From IMG/VR virus record IMGVR_UViG_3300033141_005858: a DNA stretch of 64,000 nt, one strand, 5' to 3'. Positions 9,232-17,704 of this stretch are shown one piece after another. Position numbers and translations under genes: made by a program. Each line of letters opens with the position of its first letter. The stretch's first letter is position 1. The notes beneath the pieces are model-generated. The model was not told where the DNA came from and did not search any database. It was given only the letters and a program-made list of their open reading frames with translations. This DNA comes from an uncultured virus (IMG/VR IMGVR_UViG_3300033141_005858). Its lineage: Duplodnaviria; Heunggongvirae; Uroviricota; Caudoviricetes.

Positions 9232-9423
9232 TCATCCTCCTCTATAATATATTTCTTTAGCATATAAAATAGCCTCATCTGGAAAATCAGAGAATCCCTC
9301 CATCTTCTTCGGAAATAATTCTTCTAAACCATCTTTAAGCAACAAAACAACTTCTTCATCAATCTCATCTACACGCTCTCTTACCATCGCCCTTATTTCT
9401 TGTTCTTCTTTTTTTGTTAACAT
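9232..9423 (-). CDS. Hypothetical protein
   Basis: ORF with RBS. Confidence 0.65.
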   Translation of the reverse strand: MLTKKEEQEIRAMVRERVDEIDEEVVLLLKDGLEELFPKKMEGFSDFPDEAILYAKEIYYRGG

Positions 9424-9436
9424 AATAATATCCCCC

Positions 9437-9685
9437 CTAATCCAACGGATCTAATGGAGTTAGTTCTTCCAAAAGCTCATTTAACTCCTTACCATCCAAG
9501 TTACCTTCAAAAAAATCTAACCAGATACGAAAACCTTCGGCTACTTCCTGAACCTGATCTCCATCCATCGGATCTTCTGAATTTTTATTCCTCCAAAACA
9601 AATCAAAAATAAATGCCAAAGATTCAATCAAATCCTCATAATCATTACCAAGACCCGTCTTTTTTGACATTTTTTCTAAAGCCAT
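9437..9685 (-). CDS. Acidic hypothetical protein
   Basis: Translationally coupled ORF. Confidence 0.65.
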   Translation of the reverse strand: MALEKMSKKTGLGNDYEDLIESLAFIFDLFWRNKNSEDPMDGDQVQEVAEGFRIWLDFFEGNLDGKELNELLEELTPLDPLD

Positions 9686-9870
9686 TATTCCTCTCCTTTC
9701 TTACCTTGGTCATGAAACTGAATCCGAAACTGTGCATACCGCGGAGAATCCTTCGGAGGAATCTTTTTCTTTGCCAACCTCAAAGGACCAGTATAAATTA
9801 CTTTTTCCCTTTTCGAACCATCTTCAAAAGTCCAAATCTTAATAACACTAACAGTCTTCCTATTACTCAT
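9685..9870 (-). CDS. Basic hypothetical protein
   Basis: AAGGAGG RBS. Confidence 0.6.
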   Translation of the reverse strand: MSNRKTVSVIKIWTFEDGSKREKVIYTGPLRLAKKKIPPKDSPRYAQFRIQFHDQGKKGEE

Positions 9871-10101
9871 AATAACCTCCTTCTTGTTTCTCCTTTGTAA
9901 CCTCTGAAATGTTGAAGTTTTTCAAACCTCTTAGCCAACTCTTGAATAATAGAAACTTTCTTTTCCTCCTTTTCCTCGTTCTCCAACTTTTCAGTTAATT
10001 CCTTGATTGTCATATCCTTAATTTTCATACCTCTCTCCTTATTCAATAATTTTTAATGCCTCGCTACCCGATAAGTAACTTTACACCAGCCCCTCTCTCC
10101 C

Positions 10102-10707
10102 TCAATCCTCAAAATGTTTTAATTCTTCAATAGCATAATCAATTCCATAAACCCCGCCAACAACATCATAATCAAGTGGAATTTTATCCTTATCATATTT
10201 CTCCAATACCATCAGGTACACATCTCCGCTCAAATATTGATTCCAACTCTCTACCAAACCCTTCGCTAATCTTAAAGCCTTCTCCTCAGAATCAGCCTCC
10301 CTTTTATCAACAAGAACAACTCCAACATGGCTTGTATCCCAACCTTGTGGATCTGACATAAAGCTTCTACTTAAACTCAACCACACCCCGCTATGCACTA
10401 AACAAGACAACTCAAATACAAAATACTTATTCTCCAAACCTTCTGTATCCTCTCCTCGGTAAAAACTTATTACCTGTTCCTTTGTAACTAAATCCGGTCT
10501 CTCTACATAGAAATCCCTATGATAATTAACTAAAAATACCATATCATCTCCCCAATCATCCGGATTTTCTGCATCCTCATCATAAACAAGATAACGTGCC
10601 TCAAAACCATTCTTAACCTTTTTAATCGTTAAAGTATCCTCGATAGGCTTAAATAGAAACTCAAACCCATCATCACTAACATAAGTAATTTTTTTGCTAA
10701 TTTTCAT
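10102..10707 (-). CDS. Conserved phage hypothetical protein
   Basis: HSGVWLS...WDTSHVG...WNQYLSGDVY...GGVYG motifs; start moved to MKISKK. Confidence 0.75.
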   Translation of the reverse strand: MKISKKITYVSDDGFEFLFKPIEDTLTIKKVKNGFEARYLVYDEDAENPDDWGDDMVFLVNYHRDFYVERPDLVTKEQVISFYRGEDTEGLENKYFVFELSCLVHSGVWLSLSRSFMSDPQGWDTSHVGVVLVDKREADSEEKALRLAKGLVESWNQYLSGDVYLMVLEKYDKDKIPLDYDVVGGVYGIDYAIEELKHFED

Positions 10708-11632
10708 CCTTTTCTCCTTTTGTTTTAAGAGCAGCAACCTCAAGGTACTTTAATACTTCCCTCTTAGCCTGCTCTCTTGTAAGTTTCCTTATAACCTTTA
10801 ACCTCTTCACCCGAAACTTCCCATCAGAAGCAAAAGGAATGGCTACAATATCCTTAACACAAAATTCTACCTCAATGAATTCGAATTCATTCGCCAAAGC
10901 ACCGTCAATATCCTCAAAACACCACTGTAAAGTAGCAACATTAAAACCTTCTGCACAACTCAACCGCTCATCTGCTGAATAGTCTTTTACAGCATACGCC
11001 TTCCCTACCTCATAATGAAAATCAAAATACGGAGACTTCCCATCAACTAAATACTTCCATGCTCTCAACCTTGTCTCCGGCGGCTGCATCTTTAGAATAT
11101 ATAAACCAGGAAATGCCCAGGAAACCTCACCAAACTCCCAGTATCCAATCCTTGCTTTATCAAGAAAAGCACCACAGAGATTCACACCACAAAGATTCGC
11201 ATTCCTAAGATCTGCATAAGCAAGATTCGTATACCGAAGATTTGCACCTTCCAAACTCGCACCATAAAGATCTGCATGCTCAAGAACTGCATCCCTAAAA
11301 CTAACCTTTCTAAAATCTACATCCCTAAGGTTTGCATAATTAAGATCCGCACTACTAAAATCCGCACCTCCAAATTCTGCACACCTAAGATCTGCATACC
11401 TAAGATTCGCATACCTAAAATTCGCACCCCAAAAATCTGCATACCTAAGATCCGCATCCCCAAGACATGCATACCTAAGATCCGCCTCTCTGAGACTTGC
11501 ATACCTAAGATCCGCATGTTCAAGATCTGCATCCCTAAGATCCGCATACTCTAACTCTAACCTTTTACCACCCTTCTCCTTTAACCACAAACCATGGTCA
11601 TGAAGAAGTTCTTTTAATTTTTTTTCATCCAT
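10697..11632 (-). CDS. Pentapeptide repeat protein with a C-terminal phage domain
   Basis: Roughly 25 A[DN]L[RE]x-type pentapeptides after an H..WL...G.R cap; C-terminal YEVGK...C..G.....KFRV domain. Confidence 0.9.
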   Translation of the reverse strand: MDEKKLKELLHDHGLWLKEKGGKRLELEYADLRDADLEHADLRYASLREADLRYACLGDADLRYADFWGANFRYANLRYADLRCAEFGGADFSSADLNYANLRDVDFRKVSFRDAVLEHADLYGASLEGANLRYTNLAYADLRNANLCGVNLCGAFLDKARIGYWEFGEVSWAFPGLYILKMQPPETRLRAWKYLVDGKSPYFDFHYEVGKAYAVKDYSADERLSCAEGFNVATLQWCFEDIDGALANEFEFIEVEFCVKDIVAIPFASDGKFRVKRLKVIRKLTREQAKREVLKYLEVAALKTKGEKDEN

Positions 11633-11832
11633 TCCTTTCTCCTTTTTTAACTCTGGGTTTACTCCAACTCATAAACAAGTCAGCAGACCAAGTTGGAATA
11701 AGTAAACCAAAAGACAAAATTATGATAACTGACTCTACTAACTCAACCCAAGCACATAACCAAAAAATTAACTGCTGTTTACTAAATATTTCCTTCTTCA
11801 CAGTCTCCTCCTATTAAATACAATTAGAACAA

Positions 11833-11858
11833 CGGGGGCTGGTTTTATTCAGCCCCCG
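11833..11858 (-). terminator. GC-rich hairpin, probable terminator
   Basis: CGGGGGCTG-8 nt-CAGCCCCCG in an intergenic gap. Confidence 0.6.
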
Positions 11859-11882
11859 CCAAAGGAAAAACAAAATAACAGA

Positions 11883-12206
11883 TCAATCCAAATACACAAA
11901 CAAAAAACCATTCTCTTTCTTTACCGGATAATTCTTCGCTTTTTTAATCCCAACAGCCTTTAAAAAACTACTACAATAAACCCTAGGACGCCTATCAGGC
12001 TCATACCTACGAACAGCTACCCTCTCATCTCCTAAATCATTAATCTTCAAACCAATAACTCGCTCTTCTTCATTATAATAAAGCTCCACCTCATCCACAC
12101 CTTCTAACAATTCATTCTTAACCTTCGTATTAAAAACCATCTGATCCTTATCCACATAAACAAAATATTTTGACCTTGTAGGTGCTTCATATTTTATGAA
12201 TCCCAT
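11883..12206 (-). CDS. Hypothetical protein
   Basis: AAGGAGG RBS. Confidence 0.7.
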   Translation of the reverse strand: MGFIKYEAPTRSKYFVYVDKDQMVFNTKVKNELLEGVDEVELYYNEEERVIGLKINDLGDERVAVRRYEPDRRPRVYCSSFLKAVGIKKAKNYPVKKENGFLFVYLD

Positions 12207-12216
12207 AATAACCTCC

Positions 12217-12645
12217 TTATAAATCTAAATCTGCTAAATCATCCAAAATCTTATTTATATCCTCATCCAACACTTCCTTCTCTTTTTCAACCTTTCCCAC
12301 CTTTAACCCTTTCTTCTTTTTTTCCTTTTTCTTCTCTTTCTTTTGCTTTTTCTTTCTGCTTCTAACCGAACTACCTCCTGAAATATCAACCTCTTCACCT
12401 TTTTTTAATCTCAACATCTGATTCCTCCAGATACTTCGAATCTTCAAACCAGTTTTCTCTGCACAATTCATTCCCACCTGATATTCAGCCCCATCATCTC
12501 GCACCACCTTTATATACCGAACCCCAATTCCACCACAAAAAGCACATTTAAACTTCTTTCCTTCTGCCATCTTACCCATCGATTTAAAATCGAACTGATG
12601 ACCATAAACAATAGCCTCAAAATCTTTTTTCATTTTTACCTCCAA
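12217..12645 (-). CDS. Zn-finger-like hypothetical protein with Lys-rich tail
   Basis: CAFCG...VGMNC; poly-Lys stretch. Confidence 0.7.
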   Translation of the reverse strand: MEVKMKKDFEAIVYGHQFDFKSMGKMAEGKKFKCAFCGGIGVRYIKVVRDDGAEYQVGMNCAEKTGLKIRSIWRNQMLRLKKGEEVDISGGSSVRSRKKKQKKEKKKEKKKKGLKVGKVEKEKEVLDEDINKILDDLADLDL

Positions 12646-12655
12646 TCATTTAAAA

Positions 12656-13213
12656 TTAACTTTCCAACTTTAATAATTCAATCCCATAATCTATTATTTT
12701 AACAATACTTCCTTTGTCTTTAACAACATCAGCAGAATTTCGAGCAGTACCAGTAACACTCTTAACAATGATAGCTTCAATATCAGATTCAACAACCTCA
12801 GCAGCCCAAGCAGTAATCCAAGCAACAATCCCAGGAATCCCAACAGTGACATCCCCAACAGCCAAAGCAGCGACTTTAGCAGTTCTAGCAATGGCTCTAT
12901 TTTTTTCCGTTGGGCTGTTTATCCAGTTTTTTGTTGCCTGTATTGCCTGCCTAGGACGTTTATCATTAGGATATTTCCTCTCAAACATAGGCAATACTAA
13001 TTCTGCACAATATACAGCAAGCCTCGCCCTGTTCTCTCTTGTTTTGAGAAGCCTTGGTATAGCCCAGAACAACCAATCATCCGTATCCTCAATGTTAGAC
13101 TTACGAAGCCTATTAATAAGCTTGAACACATCTTTCGTGTCTTGTTCTTTAATCCATCTTATGGAGTCTTTGCAGGGTTTCCATTTCTCAATCCATGCTT
13201 TTGTTATTTTCAT
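12656..13213 (-). CDS. Imm5-like helical phage protein
   Basis: RLAVYCAELVLPMFE..YPNDKRPRQAI motif. Confidence 0.65.
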   Translation of the reverse strand: MKITKAWIEKWKPCKDSIRWIKEQDTKDVFKLINRLRKSNIEDTDDWLFWAIPRLLKTRENRARLAVYCAELVLPMFERKYPNDKRPRQAIQATKNWINSPTEKNRAIARTAKVAALAVGDVTVGIPGIVAWITAWAAEVVESDIEAIIVKSVTGTARNSADVVKDKGSIVKIIDYGIELLKLES

Positions 13214-13527
13214 TTTTTACCTCCAAACATTCTCCTTGCATGACCTTTCCACTTATCCAAAACAGAACCATCAAGTACATTTCCCTTCTTTCCTAAACTC
13301 AATTTCCTTCTCCTTGTAATCCCTTGAATAAAAAAAGGTCTATTATCTAACTCCTTCTTACCATTCTTTTTAACTTCATTAAATTTTACACCTTTATCCT
13401 TAAACTCCTCCAGGTCTCCACCAACCCACAGAACAAACAAAAAAATCAAAAACTTCACCAGACACCAGAAACCTAACAAAATCAAAACAAAAAGAAGTAA
13501 CCAAAAAACACCCGCTCCATCTTTCAT
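13210..13527 (-). CDS. Membrane-anchored hypothetical protein
   Basis: N-terminal hydrophobic stretch. Confidence 0.65.
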   Translation of the reverse strand: MKDGAGVFWLLLFVLILLGFWCLVKFLIFLFVLWVGGDLEEFKDKGVKFNEVKKNGKKELDNRPFFIQGITRRRKLSLGKKGNVLDGSVLDKWKGHARRMFGGKK

Positions 13528-13528
13528 C

Positions 13529-14443
13529 TTAATCTACCCGAACACCAAACTGTGACCCAGTCCAACTCCGTATTGCAGTGTTAGCAAAAGCCCACCACCA
13601 CTCTTCACCTAAAACAACCATTTTATGATCTCCTTCTACATGTCTCACCGAACCCCTGCAAACATATCGACCTTCTGGGCTAACTACTAAATCTCTCACC
13701 TTATGATGAGGTTCCCTACCATTCTGTGAAGGAAGCTTCCCCCACTTCTCAATAGGTAAGGCAAACCTCCGCCCTTCTAATAAAGGAAATATTTCCTTTT
13801 TCATTTTTTTAGTATCCCCTAAAGGAAGAAAAAACCACTCTCCTTGCCTTAAATAAGGTATACCTGCTTCAAGTGCTGAACAAACCTCATATGGCATTAA
13901 AGCTTTATAAGCCTCAGCCACCGTCACTTCATCCTTAACAGGAAGTTCAGACAAAAAATAACCTTCACCCCAACGAGCAGCCCCCTCGTCTACAGCACTC
14001 AAAAAATACCTTCCATCACATTCAATAACGGAAGCCCCCATAAGATGCAATTGGTGCTCTACCAACTCTCCCTTATTATTCCGTTCCCATATTGTTTTAT
14101 AACTATCCTCACTAACATCTACAATATATAATGAGCGAGGTTCCAAATTTGCTGCCCCTAAAACCGAAAAGGGAATTTCACAAAACCTAACTTCATCAGG
14201 AACACTCCATCTAGTTATTGTTTGATGACTACCTGTAGCAGGAGAATACCGATCTGAGTTAAGAATATACTGACCATAAACTGTATGAACAGCCAATGGA
14301 AAATGCTTTCCATACGAATACAAAGTATCCTCATCCATCAAAAGATTTTGATGATGCCTTGTATACCTCCCATAAGCCAAACGTTTCTTTCTATCTTCAC
14401 TTCCCCATTTAAAAAAATCATCAATAAAACTATTATTACTCAT
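13529..14443 (-). CDS. Conserved phage hypothetical protein
   Basis: YSYGxHFPLA, YSxxTxxHQ and RQGEWFF motifs. Confidence 0.8.
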   Translation of the reverse strand: MSNNSFIDDFFKWGSEDRKKRLAYGRYTRHHQNLLMDEDTLYSYGKHFPLAVHTVYGQYILNSDRYSPATGSHQTITRWSVPDEVRFCEIPFSVLGAANLEPRSLYIVDVSEDSYKTIWERNNKGELVEHQLHLMGASVIECDGRYFLSAVDEGAARWGEGYFLSELPVKDEVTVAEAYKALMPYEVCSALEAGIPYLRQGEWFFLPLGDTKKMKKEIFPLLEGRRFALPIEKWGKLPSQNGREPHHKVRDLVVSPEGRYVCRGSVRHVEGDHKMVVLGEEWWWAFANTAIRSWTGSQFGVRVD

Positions 14444-14885
14444 GACAAACCTCCTCTATTATTTTTATTTCTTTAGCCACATCAACAAAATAACAGCCTT
14501 CTTCAACCCCACTAGCTACACACTTTCTATACAAAACCTTCACTATACAAACCGAGAATTTCCTATTATTAACTTCGGCTGGATAAGACCGCTTAAACTT
14601 AACCTGTGCATCCCTTAAAAGAGTATAAACATGAAAACCATACAAGTAATGCCCACAAGAATCCACACCAACACTAGTTAAATATCTTTTACCAGCATCC
14701 CCAGCACATCTATAATCTCCCTCTCTTAACCAAACACCTTTTTTAAGAAATTGAGAACATAAATCGCTTCTCCAATAAGAACAATAAAAATCATCTACTT
14801 TAAGAACTACCTTATATCCAATCTGCACATCTTCATAACCAGGGCTGCCTTTCTTATACACTCTTTCAATATTACTCAAACACAT
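14436..14885 (-). CDS. Phage hypothetical protein (MCL family; paralog of 3097..3531)
   Basis: MCL, GYKV, Y..GFH.Y and VKV.YRK motifs. Confidence 0.75.
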   Translation of the reverse strand: MCLSNIERVYKKGSPGYEDVQIGYKVVLKVDDFYCSYWRSDLCSQFLKKGVWLREGDYRCAGDAGKRYLTSVGVDSCGHYLYGFHVYTLLRDAQVKFKRSYPAEVNNRKFSVCIVKVLYRKCVASGVEEGCYFVDVAKEIKIIEEVCHE

Positions 14886-15042
14886 ATCAAACCTCCCTCC
14901 TGTTAATTAAAAAGACTACAAAGTATATCCCACAAAATAAACACCCAAAAGATAATAGCAATCTTTCCAAAAACAAAAAGAAATGTTGAAACTAAACCAT
15001 CCTCCTCACTTTTAATTCTTCTTGTTTCATCTGAATCCTTCA

Positions 15043-15372
15043 TCACTTTACCGCCTCTTCAATCCTTAATTCATCTTTCTCTGGACGCTCTGCCTTCTGA
15101 AGTAACCGCTCCACATAAGCCGCCCCCTTAACCTTAATAAGCTCTTCTTTCCAACGAATGCTTGCTCTCCCAGTAGCCCTCTCTATTAAAGCAATCAAAC
15201 GACCGCGCTCTACCTTTTCACCTTTTTTCAGCCTCTCTAATATCTCTGCTCTTTTGTCTTTTACCAAAGCCTCTGCTAAATTAAGTTTCTTTTTCTTTTC
15301 CTTTAAAGCTTCTTCATACTTAACCAACTTTTCCAATAAATTTTGTTTAATCATAATAAATCTCCTCCTCAA
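15043..15372 (-). CDS. Hypothetical coiled-coil protein
   Basis: ORF in the operon; true start probably the internal MIKQ. Confidence 0.65.
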   Translation of the reverse strand: MRRRFIMIKQNLLEKLVKYEEALKEKKKKLNLAEALVKDKRAEILERLKKGEKVERGRLIALIERATGRASIRWKEELIKVKGAAYVERLLQKAERPEKDELRIEEAVK

Positions 15373-15670
15373 TACTTTGCTTCATTAAACGCAACCATTT
15401 AAGATAACTCCTCGGAAGAAACCCATACTTCCTAAACCAGGAATCTACTTTATTGAAAGACCGCTGAGCCTCTAACGACAAATCCCGATAAAACCCACGA
15501 ACTTCATCTAAACGCTTCTTGTGTGACCTAGTTAATGCTCGAATCCTTCTTCGCTGCCTTAAATCAGCATTCTTAATAATATCCTCAATCTTTTCGGCTG
15601 CCCAATGCTTACCCGTATTCCTTACTCGCTCTCTTTTAGTTTGTTCAGCTACTGCTGCCAAACTAATCAT
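15347..15670 (-). CDS. Basic hypothetical protein
   Basis: AAGGAGG RBS. Confidence 0.7.
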   Translation of the reverse strand: MISLAAVAEQTKRERVRNTGKHWAAEKIEDIIKNADLRQRRRIRALTRSHKKRLDEVRGFYRDLSLEAQRSFNKVDSWFRKYGFLPRSYLKWLRLMKQSIEEEIYYD

Positions 15671-15700
15671 TTTAATACCTCCTTTCTTTTAACCCTTAAC

Positions 15701-15991
15701 TCAATCCCGCACATAAACAGTTTCTATACCAGTAATAAAATAAACTGGTTCAACTAACCAGACCCAATCAGGAGTCAAGTTATCAAGAGCCCAAGCCTGT
15801 GCTGACCTGCTAGTTCTAAAAACTAAAAGTTTACCAACACAAACACTAATATAACCAGCAGGATCAACCTCATCACCCTCATAAGGAAGCTGAGCCCTGA
15901 TAGCCCAATACTGATTCACCTTACCCACTCTTCCCAACTCTCCTGTCTCTGAACTACCAACATTTTGCTTATTTGTTTTTTCATTTACCAT
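15701..15991 (-). CDS. Hypothetical protein
   Basis: AGGAGG RBS. Confidence 0.65.
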   Translation of the reverse strand: MVNEKTNKQNVGSSETGELGRVGKVNQYWAIRAQLPYEGDEVDPAGYISVCVGKLLVFRTSRSAQAWALDNLTPDWVWLVEPVYFITGIETVYVRD

Positions 15992-16017
15992 TTTTTCCTC
16001 CTATCATAAATTTACCA

Positions 16018-16239
16018 TTATTTAGGCACGGATTTAATACGACCTTGATCGATTCGTGCCAAACACTTTTGACCTTTCCTATAACCACAAAGATTACAAT
16101 TAACCACTTCTGCTCCATCCTTATTAACAATTTCAGAGTGGTCAAACCTCGGACAATCTTTTACATAACTTTTCATTTTAATATCTCCTTTATTTATTTT
16201 TATTTTGCCTGGACATAGCAAATATCCCCATAACCTCAA
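16018..16239 (-). CDS. Small Cys-containing hypothetical protein
   Basis: C..CxxC..C; true start likely the internal MKSY. Confidence 0.55.
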   Translation of the reverse strand: MRLWGYLLCPGKIKINKGDIKMKSYVKDCPRFDHSEIVNKDGAEVVNCNLCGYRKGQKCLARIDQGRIKSVPK

Positions 16240-16312
16240 TTCTCCCTTCTTATTAAATAAAAGGATTCAATAATGTTTATCTTATAGTATAACATTATAT
16301 ATAGGGGGAAAT

Positions 16313-16492
16313 TCATTTGCCCGACTCTTCCAAAACTTCCAAAGCTTTCCTTAAAGCCCCTTCACTCTGCAAAGAATAAATAGGAAAATTACACCGGTCT
16401 ACCCTTATATCCTTTGCTAACCGATTAGCTTCTGCGATATCCAGATTATACCTTTTCTGGATAACTGCCCGCACTTGCCGATGTGAAAGCAT
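16313..16492 (-). CDS. First gene of the early operon (59 aa)
   Basis: AAGGAG RBS; MLSHRQVRAVIQKRYNLDIAEANRLAKD... Not in the ORF track. Confidence 0.6.
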   Translation of the reverse strand: MLSHRQVRAVIQKRYNLDIAEANRLAKDIRVDRCNFPIYSLQSEGALRKALEVLEESGK

Positions 16493-16546
16493 TTAACCTT
16501 CTCCTTCCGTTTGTTTATTTTGACTTGTTTTATTCATTCTATTTAT

Positions 16547-16575
16547 AATATAGGATAATATGGAGTACTTGTCAA
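16547..16575 (-). promoter_or_regulatory. Sigma70-type promoter for the early gene cluster
   Basis: TTGACA-17 nt-TATATT. Confidence 0.8.
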
Positions 16576-16579
16576 CTCT

Positions 16580-16606
16580 GTAAGTGCTTGAAAATAAAGG
16601 ACTTAC
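16580..16606. promoter_or_regulatory. Palindromic IHF-like site
   Basis: GTAAGTGCTTGAAAATAAAGGACTTAC, immediately upstream of the -35 box. Confidence 0.45.
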
Positions 16607-16839
16607 GGCTAATTTTTAGCAGAACTAAAAAAAGAGCTTTTACCACTTTGACCCCTCAAGCTTCATGACCAAAAAACTCCCACAAACCTTTTTGAAAAAT
16701 TAACCTGAAACTCCAGTTAACCCTTAATTGAACCAACCAACACATAAACCATCCAACCCACCAACGATCTAACCAACCTTTCCAAATTAACCTCTATTTC
16801 CCGCTTCAAAGTCCCCCAGAATCCAACCCAAAAATCTAC

Positions 16840-16910
16840 CTATTTCCCTACGTTTTTGGCTCCAAAAATCAGACAACCCCCTTGTCTATTTCCCTACGTT
16901 TTCGGCTCCA
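16840..16910. repeat. 25-bp direct repeat x2
   Basis: CTATTTCCCTACGTTTT(T/C)GGCTCCA at 16840-16864 and 16886-16910; partial copy at 16794. Confidence 0.85.
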
Positions 16911-16954
16911 GAATTTCAGCCCCCCAAAACTAAAACCTGTAAATAGAAATGGAA

Positions 16955-17644
16955 TTAATATTCTACAAATCTAAACCCTAATAAAGCTTCTCTGGCTTCT
17001 CTTTTAAACCTACCAAAATCTTCCCAGCTTTTATGGTAATTTTTTACCATTCTTTTCGATTCAAAAAACCAATCTTTTACCTTATCTATAAGTTCAATAT
17101 CTAATTCATTAACCCCGGATACATAACCATCAAAAAACTCCCATCTCCAATCAATAAAATACCCAATTTCTCTCCAGTGAGGTAAAGATTGATAAAATGT
17201 TATAAAATCTTTAGCTATTCTTAATATTAATTTTCTATAGAAAAAACTTTTATTCTCTTTATTTACTCCTCTAGACCAACTCCTCAGCTTCGGCAGAACC
17301 TCATTAAGCTCTTCTTGATGGTACTTTATATTACTTATCTTGCAAAGCTTCGTTACCGCCCGTTTAAAGCTCTTGTTTTCTTTTGCTTGAATAAATTTTA
17401 TGGCTCCACCAACCCATTGGCACCCAAAACAATAACCATAATTGTTTTTAACCCAAAAAGATGCTTTTGTTTCATGGTGAAAAGGACATTGAATAAAAAA
17501 ACTATCTTTTTTCGAAAATCTAATTCCATAATAATCTAATACCTTTATAAAAGGTACTGAAACTATCTTTTCATATAAACTATTATGTTTAACCGAAATC
17601 ATTTTCGACTTCCAGTTCGATGCTTTTGAAATAAAATTTGGCAT
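16955..17644 (-). CDS. CHC2 zinc-finger (primase Zn-binding domain) protein without TOPRIM
   Basis: CPFH.E...SF.......CFGC motif; no TOPRIM DxD region follows. Confidence 0.85.
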   Translation of the reverse strand: MPNFISKASNWKSKMISVKHNSLYEKIVSVPFIKVLDYYGIRFSKKDSFFIQCPFHHETKASFWVKNNYGYCFGCQWVGGAIKFIQAKENKSFKRAVTKLCKISNIKYHQEELNEVLPKLRSWSRGVNKENKSFFYRKLILRIAKDFITFYQSLPHWREIGYFIDWRWEFFDGYVSGVNELDIELIDKVKDWFFESKRMVKNYHKSWEDFGRFKREAREALLGFRFVEY

Positions 17645-17674
17645 GGGATATTTTTTAAAAAATTAGTTTTTAGA

Positions 17675-17702
17675 TTCCATTTCAGAGTCCTTAAACTTTT
17701 TT
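17675..17702. repeat. 28-bp dispersed direct repeat, copy 2
   Basis: See 2017-2044. Confidence 0.85.
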
Positions 17703-17704
17703 TG

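Noticed and set aside
11276..11554. KIRIP-repeat plus-strand ORF and MRILG alternative frame
   Set aside because: Shadows of the pentapeptide repeat gene.
12714..13319. 201-aa plus-strand ORF and other antisense ORFs across the window
   Set aside because: Fully antisense to well-supported minus-strand genes and lacking an RBS.
16262..16279. 15/18 match (AGGATTCAATAATGTTTA) to array unit 1 spacers A+B as a self-target
   Set aside because: AT-rich, three mismatches, and both halves on the same strand, unlike the opposite-strand TIGR targeting geometry. Probably chance.
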